A stretch of 64,000 bases of DNA from Eledone cirrhosa (lineage: Eukaryota). A model generated the notes under the pieces. It had not been told where the DNA came from. It made no database searches and worked only from the letters and a program-made list of their open reading frames with translations. Below, in pieces: positions 13,871-27,175 of this stretch; the first letter of the stretch is position 1, and every line of letters starts with the position of its first letter. The stretch covers positions 83,204,001-83,268,000 of the forward strand of contig OZ024741.1 in the NCBI GenBank assembly GCA_964016885.1, in the 5' to 3' direction. Position numbers and translations under genes: made by a program.

Positions 13871-14470
13871 GTTGAGAAGTCAGAAGGGATCACTAATGAA
13901 GGCGGGAAGACGCTAGAATTGGTTCAGGACTTCCTGTATTTGGGAGCAAAGATTGGGAATACGGAAGATGATATGGTTGAGAGGAAGAGCAAAGCCTGGG
14001 CGGCGTGCCACCGCTTGAGATCGGTGTGGGAGTAGGACCTTCGTAAAAACCTGAAAATCCACCTCTTCATTGCTGTACGGGTCTGAGATTGAACACTGAC
14101 CAAGAAACTCACTCAGCTGGTGGATGGGTGCTACACGAGAATACTGAGGATGGCTCTGAACATTAATCAGTATACACTGAGGATGAAAAACTCAGAGCTG
14201 TATGGGAGCCTCCAAAACGTCAGTTCAAAAGTGACAGAGAGGAGACTGAGGTTAGCTGGACATGCTCACCGACATCAAGAGTTGACATTTCACTCATGTG
14301 GGAGCCCCTACATGGACACACTGGAAGAGGAAGTCTAAGATTAACGTATGTTGATGCCCTATGGACAGACACTGATCTGTTGGAGATGCAGGACATGGCA
14401 GCGATAATGAGGGACAGAGACCGCTGGAAAGAACTCGCCCATGGATTTGGGGAATTTTTCCCGCCCTAGA
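13871..14470 (+). mobile_element. RTE-clade LINE 3' fragment
   Basis: [40 protein letters not shown]; second copy at 50140-50625. Confidence 0.8.
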
Positions 14471-14589
14471 TATATATATATATATGTGTGTGTGTATGTG
14501 TATGTGTGTGTGTGTATGTGTGTGAGTTTGTGAGTGTGTGTGTGTGTATGTGTGTATGTGTGTGTGTGATGTAAGTTATATATGCTCCT

Positions 14590-14900
14590 ATTCATGTGTT
14601 GCTATATCTATAGATGTGTAGAAGCAGCCATTACATGGAAAATTCTGAACTATTTTCAATGCTTTTACAGTTCCATTAATCGACTCTACTTGCAACTTCC
14701 TAATTAGCTGTGGTCTTTCAGTTTCTGAGAAGCCTAGTGTGTATGTATTTATGTTTGAATGATAGCATGTATATATTAGCAGACATGTCTTGCAAATATA
14801 AATACTCAGCAAGGTTCAGTGTATCCTTTGGTTTGGAAACAATTTGTCCATGTCTAGAAAGGAAAGCAAGCTCATTTATTACTACTTTGATGCATTTGCT
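14590..14900 (-). mobile_element. Possible decayed 3' end of an RLE-type non-LTR element
   Basis: LGFSETERPQLIRKLQVESINGTVKALK resembles C-termini of CRE-like elements (recalled similarity only). Confidence 0.3.
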
Positions 14901-15036
14901 CTCTGTCAATTTGAGCGTTTAGTGTGTGCACATTTGCAGACGCTAAGTTACATTCATACATACATCCGTCCGTACATAGATATATCCATATACTCACACA
15001 CACTCACAGACTACATACAAACATACAAACACACAT

Positions 15037-15101
<65 letters not shown>

Positions 15102-15431
15102 CATGCATGCATGCACGTGCCAAAAACTAGCTTCAACTTCGAATGTCTGAAAATGGCTGCCGAATGCACTAAAGAAGAAATACTTTATTGGCAATGTTTC
15201 TAAAAACAACTGCTTTAGGTAAGAAATATCCTTGGTTATAACACACAATATCAATGGCGGCTTGCCACTGCGAAACCAAATTTGTAAATTGATTCCCCTG
15301 TAATTTTCAATAAATATGATGGTCACCATTTCCTTTGGGCTTCGAAATCTGGTTATTAGCCAAGCTGTAAAAGCACTGTAATTCTTGAAAGAATATTTTT
15401 TCTCCTATATCTATTCCACGCAATATCTGTC

Positions 15432-15435
<4 letters not shown>

Positions 15436-15514
<79 letters not shown>

Positions 15515-15565
15515 CTCTCTCTCTCTCTCTCTCTCACTCTCTCTCTCTCTCACTCTCTCTCTCTC
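15436..15565. repeat. (CT)n microsatellite
   Basis: Directly visible. Confidence 0.95.
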
Positions 15566-15804
15566 GTTCTCTGTCTCTCTGTCCTTCTTTCTTTATCTCT
15601 CACTCTCTATCTATATATTTATATATAGAACTATCTGTCTGTGGTTTTACTCCGCCATCTTTACTATAATCTCTATCTTTTGAAATTCTATTGCTTCTTA
15701 CCATTCGTCCCTGAAATGAAAAAAAAATGATATCTATATGCATACATATATATGTACATAAATATATGTGCATATATATATAACGTAAGTATTATATATA
15801 CAGG

Positions 15805-15964
<160 letters not shown>

Positions 15965-16376
15965 TACATAAATATATACATACATATGTATATGCATATG
16001 CATACATACTTATATACTTATATACATACATACATTCTTTTGCGGTTTTATATCATATCGAGATATCTTCGATGCTAGTTTTCCTTCGATAGTGTTTCTT
16101 TGTAGTAGGCAATTTAATTTTTTAATTAATATATTTATTTATTTTTTGTGAGGCTTTTAACAACTGACTGCATTTCTAACTGCTGCCCACTCAAGTGTAA
16201 AGCATTAATGTAATGAATAAAAAGACAGATGGAAAACATCACACTCGTGTCACTAAAAGCCTTTTTAATATGTTTCGAGATATCTACTAGAATAATAAAT
16301 AATGCACGCAATAATATAAAACACACACTTACACACACACACTCTCTCTCTCTGACACACACGGATACACATCCAG

Positions 16377-16418
<42 letters not shown>

Positions 16419-17439
16419 GTGTAAATATGTATGTGTGTCTGTGTGTGTATGTATTTATATATATATATACATATATATATATACATATATTGTTATATGT
16501 ATATATATATACATATATATATATACATATATTGTTATATGTATATATATATACATATATATATATATATTGCGTATACAATATCATCAGAAATGCATCA
16601 CAAATGCAATCGTCACAAATGCAATTCTTCTGTTTGGGAAAATACGAGGTATATGTAATGTAATATTTAGATACGTAAAAAATGGTGAATAAATGCGAAT
16701 ATTCTCAATGTTCCTTCCCTCGGATTCCAGTTTAATCACAGAGGTAATATTCCCAAATGAGCAGTTTATTTTTCTGAGAATTTGGTGCACTGGGGTGTAT
16801 GGCATGGAAGACATGGCCGACCTACTCATGCTGGGGATGAAAATCTGGCAGCATGTATCCCTCACCAAATCTCAACTTAGCTGAGTGTTTTCATAGCAGG
16901 AGATGGAACGAAAGAGTGAGTTAGATAGGGATATAGAATATTAATCGGCAACTGTATTTGAGTAGTACTTTATTTATCGAACTGCTATGGATCAAACGCA
17001 ACGTTAAGCTCGATTGAACTTGAAATTTCACCATATATAATACCGCCTCTAATGTTGCAAATGGAGACGAAACACATACATAAACTTTTCCTATGTCCAC
17101 AATGCATGAGTCAACAAATTCTGCATCCTTGGTCAGGAGGGTTATCTCTTCTACACTCGTCCCTATCCACCTGAAAGCAGGAAAAATGTTTTTACGGAGA
17201 AAAAACAGCAATATTCGCTGCAAAAATTCCATGGGCAGAATTTTGTCAAGCTGATTTAGCGTTAAAGATTGCCGTCCCGAGACAGAGTACACTAACAAGA
17301 AAATAAAACTGAAAGGCAACTATCACAGATAAAAATGGTTCAATCAAAGCTTAATATTTCGTCATCGACTTCAATGCGGAGTTTCGGAGTTGCGGCTGTC
17401 CAGACATATAGAGAGAGATAGATAGATATATTTAGACAG

Positions 17440-20134
17440 TTGGGCCTTCCACCATTCTTTTACTGTAGGGTTCATTGTGAGGGTTGGTTGGATATTGGCT
17501 TGTGTGATGATGTTTTTTCATGGATTTAGGTTGTTTTTTGCTCTTTTTGATGTTGTGTGTTTGGAGGATTTTGTTCATTCTTGGGTCTCTTTTAGTGAAG
17601 GAATGTTCTGGAGGATGGTGTCGAATGCCTCATTGTTGAGGGCTTGTGTGTGGAGATGTATGGTAGAGTTTCTGTTGCGGTTCATTGCTGGGTTTGGGGT
17701 GTCTGAGTTCCTGGATGTTGAGTTTTAGGGCACGTTGGAATCCATTGTTGATTAGTGATGGTGGGTAGTTTCTGCTGATAAGTGTGTTTTTTAATTCTTC
17801 TAGTCGTGTGTAGCATGTGTATTTATCTGAAACTATTGTGCAGATCCTTCTGGCTAGGTTATAAGGAATTGCCATTTTGGTATGGTGAGGGTGGCATGAG
17901 TTGAATGGAAGATATTGTTTGGAGTCTGTGGGTTTGTAGTATATGTCTGTTTCTATTTTGTTGTTTGTTTTGTTTTCTTGATGAGGATGTCGAGGAAAGG
18001 GAGTTGTTCATGGCTGTAATCCATTGTAAATTGTAAGTTTGTGTTGGGTCCATTTAGAAGGGTTTTAAACTCAATCAGTCTTTCTATACTTTTATGCCAG
18101 AGGATGAAGCAGTCGTCCAGATATCTCTTCCAGTTTGGTTTTCTAGATTTGAGAGTACTAGAGTCGTGTAGTAATCTGTCCTCATAAGCATTACTGCACT
18201 CCCTTTATCTGCCTCTCTGATTGTTAGGGTTTTGTCGTTATTTAGACTGTTAAGACCATTCCATTCTTTTTTTCTTAGGTTTGGTTTTTATTTATGTCTG
18301 TGTAGGTGGTGGTATGGGTAATTAGTAATGTGTTCCCAGAATTGATCTAGGAATTTGTTCTTGCCTTTTCGTGGGGTGTAGTTGCTTTATTTCTGGCTAT
18401 TGAGTCATCCTCATTGTATTTGTCGTATAGTTGCTCGCTGAGTCTTAGTTCTTTTACAGAATTCTGCAATATCTTCCTTCATTTCGGGGTAGTTTGGTCG
18501 TTGGGGAGTTGGTGTAAATTTCAGACCTTTGGAGAGTATGTTGATTTGGTCTGTTGTTAATTATTTAGGGGTTAAATTAACGATATTTATTACATTTTGT
18601 GTCTCCTGTGTGTTTTGTGTTATCTTGTTACCCCGTGTCTGTGTGCTATGTCTAAATAATGACTACGGAAGTTGTGGTGGTTGTTGAAGTTTGGATGTCT
18701 CTTATGGTTGTATTGGCTCCTGCTGTTGTTGTTAGAAGGTGTGTAGCTGTAGTGATTGTTGAAGTTAGGTTGTATCGTATGGTTGTATTGAGTCCTGCTG
18801 TTGTTGTTGTAGGGTGTGTAGATTTGATGGACGTTGTTATAGGGTGTGTATTTGTGGTGGTGGTTGAAGTTAGGTTGTATCGTATGGTTGTCATGAGCCC
18901 TGCTGTTATTGTAGGGTGTGTAGACTTAGTGGTAGTTGTAGTATGGTTGTCTTGTGTATTTATATTGAGTCTTGCTGTTGTTGTTGTATGGTGTGTAGTT
19001 ATGGTGGTTGTAGTGGTTAGGGTGTCTCGTGTGGTTGTATTGTCCCCTGCTGGTGTTGTTGTTGTAGTAGGATGTGGTTAGTGGAAGAGGGTAGATTAGG
19101 GTTTCCTTATAGTTGGTGTGTGGTTGAGAGACCATATGTGGCATGTGTGGTGGTTGTGTATTTTGGGTTCTATGTTGAAAGTAATGATGGTTGTGGGTTT
19201 GTTGTGTAGGGATGTTAGTGGGGTTGTAAGTGTGGGGGATTCTATGGTTTCTCCTGGTGGGAGAGAAGTTGTAGTGTCTATCTTGTAGCTGATGTTTCTC
19301 TATTACTATATTGGTTGCTTGAGAATCCGTGTGGTACCTATGTGGTGGGTGTAGGAGGTAGTGGCCAGGTGATGCCTTCTTGTTTTGGTATGTGGGGAGG
19401 TATTGTTTTTTGTTGTTGTTGGTTGTCGTGTGGTGTTTGGGTGGTGGTTGCGTTTTCTTGTTATTATGGTTTTACTGAAGGGGTTCTTCGATGTGTGTTC
19501 TTTTTGGAAAAGTGTTTCATAGTTAGAGAACCAGGTTTCGTTTATTTCCCAACGTTGAAGGGATTTTAATTCTTCCTTATTACAGTCCTCTAACCATAGT
19601 TTTGAAATATTTTCTCGGGTGGAGTCTTTGGTTTTATTGATAATTGCTTGATTTGATCCTATATTCATATGCTTGGGCTCTCAGTTTAAGGAGTTCAATT
19701 TCAGTTTTCATGTTATCAAGTGCCATTCTTTCCCTGGGGCGTCTTTGAGTATTGGGTTCGTTTGGGATGGATTTAATTTATAGTTTGCGGGGAAGGATTA
19801 ATGGGGATGAGTTATAGATTTTTCTTAGATCTCTGCTTTGTTATTATTTTGTATCATCTTCCAAAAGGAGAATTTCCTGTTTTTAAGAGATGTGTACCAT
19901 TGTGGTATTAATTTGTTTTTTATTTGGTAAGTTGTAAGTGTATTAGTGTTATATGTATTTTCGTTCGCTTGAATAGGATTTGTGTTGTTATTCAGGTGTG
20001 TTTTTATTGTTTCACATAAGTTGTTGATATTGTCGTTGATTTCATAGGATGTGTATTTGGGAATTGTTTCTTCACTTGTAGAGTTACGTTTGTTGGTGAG
20101 TATTCACAAATTAGAGTTTATTTTGTGTAGTTCT

Positions 20135-20135
<1 letters not shown>
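17440..20135 (-). mobile_element. Decayed Neptune-type PLE related to 37457-42826, with RT core deleted
   Basis: IPYNLARRICTIVS..LISRNYP..NGFQRALKL; SKGLKFTPTP region about 18510-18540; jumps from the EADKG region to the WKRYLDD region at about 18135-18200. Confidence 0.85.
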
Positions 20136-20207
<72 letters not shown>

Positions 20208-20217
20208 ATATATATGA

Positions 20218-20352
<135 letters not shown>

Positions 20353-21507
20353 CAACACTTGACAGTTAGATGGAGAAACCAAGAGCGACAGAGGACAGTG
20401 TAAACAACCTTGCATATAGGAAATGAAAGTTTTAAGTTCACCTTAATATTCATTATAATTGCTTAAGAAATATTTCTCAATTTGACACCTAAATCTCATA
20501 AAGAGAAGTAATAGTTCTGATGACAACTTATTATTTCTATATGTAGTAGTGTTGAAGTCGCCGTCATTGGTGTATTGATATAACGGTGATAATATTGGTA
20601 ATATTGTGTTGTTGTTGTTTTTTTCTTCTTATCTGTGGTGACGATAGTTGGCTTGGTTTGTGGAATTGCTTGGAAAGCGTAAACCTGACAGAAAAATATA
20701 AATAAAATGTAATATTTTTTATACTTCATGTTAAAAGAAATTTGTTGCTGTTGTCGCTATTGTCATTGTTGTTTTTATTATTGTTTTTATTATTGTTTTC
20801 GTAGCTGTTGCACTTGTTTTTTACTAAGTCTAGTCTAAAAATTGTTTTCGTATTGTGATGGTGTTGTTTACTGTAAGTGTTGCTCTTACTGATGCTGTTG
20901 CTGTTAAGGCTGTTGTTGAGAATGAATTTTAGGCCTGATAAAAAAAACAAGAATTGTCGAGCATAGTACTTTTTTTGACATAGACCTTTTACATTCTGAC
21001 TAATAGGAGGGAAATGTTTGCGGTGCTTAATGAAAGAAAAGGGCGTGGGCCATTTTAAACTTAGCGGAGCCAAATATATTCACGGAAAAAAAAGCTTGTG
21101 GGGGAGAGAGGAATAGGAGACAGAAATAGCCTGATAAAGAGCAAGTGAATTAAGAAGTTAGGGGAAGAATCGTCTCAAGAACTCCACTGGTAATACATTT
21201 ATTGTCATCGAAACTGTCTTCACCGTGATTTGAACCCAGTGCCGAAGCAAACACAGAAACATTAGATGCCCTAACGATTCTACCTGTTGTAGCATCTAGT
21301 AGAAGAATGGATGTACTAAAGAGTGAATTGTATCTGCATCAGCGTGATTATATTCCTATGTAACTGTTGAGAATATTCATGTATAATTTCTTTCACACCT
21401 GACATAGAGATCTTACTTTGTCACATGTTTAGAGTTGTGCATCTGAGCATCTGAATGACTGGGAGGAGTTTTATATATTTACGATAAAATTAAATGATAT
21501 TAGAAAT

Positions 21508-21593
<86 letters not shown>

Positions 21594-21774
21594 CGACACA
21601 CATACATGTATGTATATGATGAATGACAAGAACATTTACAATATTTCTTAAGATTTAATTTTAAAAACTCATGACAAATATGGCGGTTTATGGCCATCGG
21701 CCATTTTTGTGTATAACAAGCTATTAAAAGCATACAATCAAAAAGATACAGAATCATAATCACACATACACATT

Positions 21775-21805
<31 letters not shown>

Positions 21806-22089
21806 ATGTATTTGTGTATGTGTGTATTTGTGTGTCTGTATGTATTTGTGTGTGTGTGTGTGTGTGTAAGTGTATCTTTATATATATAGAAATATATAAT
21901 AAAGACAATTTGAAGATGTCGACTATATGGATGGCAAAAAATAATTATTAAAGTTTTATGTGTTGCTAGAAGCAATTTTTTAAAATGTTGCTCTTGTCCG
22001 GATTTTGACATTACATAAAAAAAGGAACAGTAAAGAAATAAAATATAAAAATATAAACATATGGATTTCTTAAAGTAGTTGGTTTGTAT

Positions 22090-22302
<213 letters not shown>

Positions 22303-22691
22303 GTGATTGTATATATTTTTGACATTAAACTTCATAGCATCTGAGAACTTTTAAGTTTAATATGTCTTTAGATTTTTTTAGTAATTATTACAAACACTAA
22401 ATTTCGAAAACTTTGTTATTTCGTTTTATTCTTTCATCTTACTGTATCTTCTTCTGATTGTTCATTTTTTTTCTATTCTTCTATTTGTTTTTTCATAATT
22501 TTGTTTCATTGCTGTTATTATTCTCTCTTTTTATCTCTCACTGCTTCCGACATTTCCCACTCTATTCTCTTTGCTGTGAAGTTGAAACAAATACATTTTC
22601 CTGCACCCAATAATTTAATGCTGTTTATATACTGCAGTTGAGTTAAATAATGTTATATCGGTCTGCTATTAAATCTAATATATAAGCGAAT

Positions 22692-22850
22692 GTATGCCTG
22701 TGTGGTTAAGGATGTTGCTTGCATCTACTTGAGTTTCGGTCCTGGCCACTGCCTTATAACTTTAGCAATAGTCTTCTAATACAGTGTATGATTGAGGAGT
22801 ACCTTTCTAAGTGGAATTTGGCAGATATATTCAATAGATGACCGTCGCAT
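22692..22850 (+). mobile_element. Degenerate tRNA-derived SINE
   Basis: A-box-like tgtgtggttaag; body resembles cephalopod SINEs (recalled). Confidence 0.45.
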
Positions 22851-23374
22851 ATATAGAGTCATTGTTAGATTGAGGAATGTTCAGCAACTTGCACATTGAT
22901 GGGCCGGGTTATTCCACTGATTGCACAACTGGAACTCTTTTTGGTACTAACATAGGTGCAACATCTGCTTGTAAGAGAAATAACAGGAGAGGACTGTTAC
23001 AGAAATAACAAGAGAGGACTGTACAGATGGTGAGTAGACTAGAAGCAATAGATTCATTTGCTATCATTTTTCAATGTATACAAAATATCAACAACATGAA
23101 TTAGAGTCGTATTTAGAACTCTATTTAAAGATTCTCTATCAGTGTCTCAATAAAATATATTGATTTTCTATTATTTTAATATGCCATTTATTTTTGTTAA
23201 TTTAGTTTTCTTTCTATAAAAAATAGCTCCAGCAAAATTAAAATCAGATAAATAAGTTCAAGTAATTAGACATTTAAAAATGGGTTTAGAGAGATTTAAT
23301 AGTCTTGTAGATCTTCTGCCTATGATTTATTTGTGTATTTTAATCCTAGTTATTATTTGTTTTTAGCAACCACG

Positions 23375-23375
<1 letters not shown>

Positions 23376-23468
<93 letters not shown>

Positions 23469-23526
23469 TAGTAGTAGTAGCAGCAGCAGCGGCAGCAGCA
23501 ATAATAATAGTAGTAGTAGTAGTAGT
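23376..23526. repeat. (GTA)n/(GCA)n microsatellite
   Basis: Directly visible. Confidence 0.95.
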
Positions 23527-23949
23527 TTTATTGTTTACTTTCTAGACAATTTCTATTTTCCATAATGGCCATCACCCATCTCCCATCAACACCAGTCTAG
23601 AAACCCCAGATGAACAATAAATTCGTTTAACCAAATTCTCTAAAGACGGTGTTATATGTCAAAAGACACTCTTCAACTACAGGGTCATCAGGCAAGAACG
23701 GAGATCTGGTTAATACTATAAAAAACACCACTCAACATCATACGGAGATATATATATATATACAATAATTAGATGTACACAGCTATATGTATATACATAC
23801 ATGTATACATACATATACTTACATATATACACATATATATTTCACAAGTATGTGAGATTGTGTGTTGTCAACCTTAACCAGTGTTGCTATATGACTAAGA
23901 GAGAAAAATGATTGGAATAATTAAATTGACTCTATATCATAGCTATGAA

Positions 23950-24242
23950 ACAAGAAATATTAAACATAAATAAATACCCATTTTTCCTTCAGATTCCCGA
24001 CTGTACACATTCGTGGCTACTTTGCAAAAATCCTATATCATAGAGATGTAGAATTCTTGTTAGGTTTACCAACTTCTCAAGAGAATACTTCATGTAAAAT
24101 TTCAAAACAGGTCTGCATCGCGCGAAAGAATCTCGAGAGGCGGAGGAGGACCTATCACGTGAAATGGAGCTAAATCCCTTGTAGCAACGAAAAATGTCAC
24201 GAATGTCGGAACGGACATTAATACAATGCAGAGGCTACACAT
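23950..24242 (+). mobile_element. Interspersed repeat, possibly Helentron-associated (HINE-like); second copy at about 63820-64000
   Basis: 23992-24110 aligns by eye to 63881-63996; classification tentative. Confidence 0.4.
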
Positions 24243-24266
24243 ATCTATATATCTATATATATATAT

Positions 24267-24394
24267 CCACGTTTAGTTGAGGGGTGTTTTTTTCCATTGT
24301 ATTAGCCAGAAATCCGAACTTGTCTGGCGACCCTGTAATAAACACATGAAATTCCAGTGTAACAAGATACACTGTTTAGCCTAAATAAAATGAA
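24267..24394. repeat. About 130 bp (TA)n-flanked repeat; inverted copy at 35744-35874
   Basis: Shared ttgtctggcgaccctgt..aaacacatgaaattccagtgtaac..ttagcctaaataaaatgaa. Confidence 0.8.
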
Positions 24395-24444
24395 TATATA
24401 TACATATATATATATATATAAAAATTCAGGTTATCTATAATGTA

Positions 24445-27141
24445 GTGATAATATATCGTTACGTTAGAGATAAACAGCGTACGTGCAGGTTTGCTCAACG
24501 AGTATAAATTATATTCCGGAGAAAATGTAGAAAGGATGAATATAAAATGAAAGTGCTTTTTTTAAAAAGGAATTTATTAGGTATTCACATATGTTTCTGT
24601 AACAGACCTATGTACCTATGTATCGCTGCTTGCGTAATCATATAATGTTAGCAAGTATTCGATAGCAAATGTATAATCAGTTGTCACTTCTTCAGAGATT
24701 TTGGATAAATTGGATAAAATCAGAAAAATTGAAGTATTTATATTAGTAATAGAGGAAGAAAAAGAGGGGATAGTATATGACAGATGGTAAATCAATTTAC
24801 TACTAAACAAGTATATAATGGGTTTCTAATGACAATACCATGAGTAAATGGTTCATTTTATCTAAATAAGAATTTTTGGGAGTGCCAATTTTAATCACTA
24901 CTTGACCAATTGGACAGTGGACAGGGCTGATCATTTGGTGTAGTAGTATTAATTATAAAGTGTCAATTGGGGAAGGGGGAGATTTCGATTGCTACTGAAT
25001 AACATCAATGCTAGTAGCCAGCTGGTATATGCATTAGGGAATTGAATTAAGAAATCAGAAATCTCATTCTATCTATAGCAGTTTATATTAAAAGGTAAAT
25101 AATAGAAGAGTTGATAGAATTAAGACTAATAAAGAATGTTAATATCTATTATGACAATCAAACGGAGATAGAGACAGGCGTTCAATCCTGGTAGTATTTA
25201 TAATATGAAAATGTAGATTTTAAGCGATGGTTACAGTATAACGATCGCTCTATTCTGTTATTTAATAAAATGTTTTTGGATTTCATAATACAAAATAATT
25301 CTACATTTCATAATTTACAAAATTCCTGTCCATGGGATTAGGGGGGGGGGGGGGGGGGGGCAGCGCTATTATATCCCATTTTAGGTGAAATTTTGGTTAT
25401 TTTCACGCAGCTGCCAAGCCTTGTCTGCGAGTGTTGTTACATAACGCTGGTTTTCATGTTTTATCGAGTAACGATGTCTATAAAGGCGTGATTTGAAGGA
25501 GGTGGCTGTAGATCCCACATAGTACCACTTCTGTCTATCCGATTCGATAGTACATTTGTATACGATGTTGCGTTCAAGACATGGATTGTTCAACGGACAC
25601 ATTCCTGGTTGGACACAGTTGCAATTATAATTTTGCGTTGTTGTATTGTCATGGATGCGTTGATGAGGTTGCTTATGTAGGACAGGATGTTGTTTGTTGT
25701 TTTGTGATGTTATAGCTAATGTTTTACGTGTATTGTTATGTGTTGGAAGGCGTTTATACAACCGTTTTGCGTTAAGCTTTTTTATATGTTGTTCAATATT
25801 AGGGGCGGTTGAATATGAAAGTCGAATAGTGTTAGGGTTTAAGATTTTATTATATTTATGTGATGTTGGAAAGTGTTTTTTAACTAATCGAAAGAATTGT
25901 GAGGGTAGATTGGTTTTAATAGAGTTGTTATAGACGGGGTTGTACCAAATATACTCTTTACATCGCCTTCTGTTTGGTGGTGTGCGACTATTATTGTGTC
26001 TATTGCGGTAGTGTATGTATGGTGGTGATTCTGTGCTATTTCTACTCTTATGGGATTTATTTTGGGTGTTTGGGTGGTCTTCTACTATATACTCTATATT
26101 ATCTAGGTGACCGGCTTTCCTAAGTGCATCATCATAATATTCGGCATGTTCTTTGAAGGTTTGTTGGTTGGACGACAGGCGGGAGATTCTAAGAGAAACA
26201 TTTCTAGGGATGGATTTAATTATAGAGAGTGGATGGTTAGAACTCGTATTTACATATTTAAGGTTCTCATTTAGTTTATGGAACGGTTTAATCGTATCTG
26301 TATTGAGATTCAAAGTAACATCAAGGAAATTGACCTCTTTGAGGTTATATTCAAATGTAATATTTAATCCTAGTTCCTTATAAAGAAAGCTTTCTGATAT
26401 TTTTACGCATCCTTTCTAAATTCTGGTTATTCATATGCTTAACTAATAGGAGCGCATCGTCACGGTAGATTCCACCGTGGAGATCCTTGAATTTTCCTTG
26501 TAGTCTGTGGGTGATATAAATTCCTAAAAGATCTGTTACTTCCGCCGAATCATTAGAACCCATAGTGATATCAAAATTAGAAGGTCGATCTTTGTGAACC
26601 CAGTAGCTATCATCGAATTTAACTATAGTTTTCCTCGCTTCCATAATAATTTTAATTTCAGCATCCGTAAGGTCGGAATTATCCTTAGCGAACGAAAGAG
26701 CTTCATGTAGAGTATCAGGTGAAATTGAGGAATAATATTCATCAATATCAAACTGAATAAATTTTGATTTTTTTCTTATCGGTAATGTTATTAAACCATC
26801 TTATTGCTTCATGAGTGTTACCTCATAGTTTAATTTCTACTTTAACCTTAACTTGGGGGATAATTCTGTCTAGTATATATTTGCTAATTTTGCCTATATC
26901 AGATTTAGAGGGGCATATAAGTCTAATCTTAGGGTTAGTATCGAAGTTTACCTTGTGGCCCTTCAGGTTGAAGGATGGTATAGCTGGTGTTAAGGGTTGC
27001 GTTCTATCGTCAATACAAAGTTTTTTAACAATTTCACATGCCGAGTTGTTGATGTTTTTAAGTGTAGCTTCATTAGTTTTCCTGTGTCAATACCTAATAA
27101 ATTCCTTTTTAAAAAAAGCACTTTCATTTTATATTCATCCT

Positions 27142-27146
<5 letters not shown>
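24445..27146 (-). mobile_element. Naiad-type PLE, 5'-truncated and frameshifted, with short 5' inverted arm
   Basis: FIQFDIDEYYSSI, FDITMGSNDSAEVTDLLG, GIYRDDAL; CNC..CPL..C..VYKC..YVG..FKSRLYRH (GIY-YIG) in 25381-26313; 27087-27146 is the inverted copy of 24528-24587. Confidence 0.85.
24570..24712 (-). ncRNA. Degenerate type I HHR in the Naiad 3' region
   Basis: CTGAAGA, stem II gtgaca/tgttac, GAAAC-ATAT-GT (palindromic loop 3); cleavage base and stem I imperfect. Confidence 0.5.

Positions 27147-27172
<26 letters not shown>

Positions 27173-27175
<3 letters not shown>

Noticed and set aside
25381-27050. Selenocysteine-encoding Naiad (in-frame UGA plus SECIS)
   Set aside because: Copy is frameshifted; no UGA at a conserved Cys position or SECIS identified by eye
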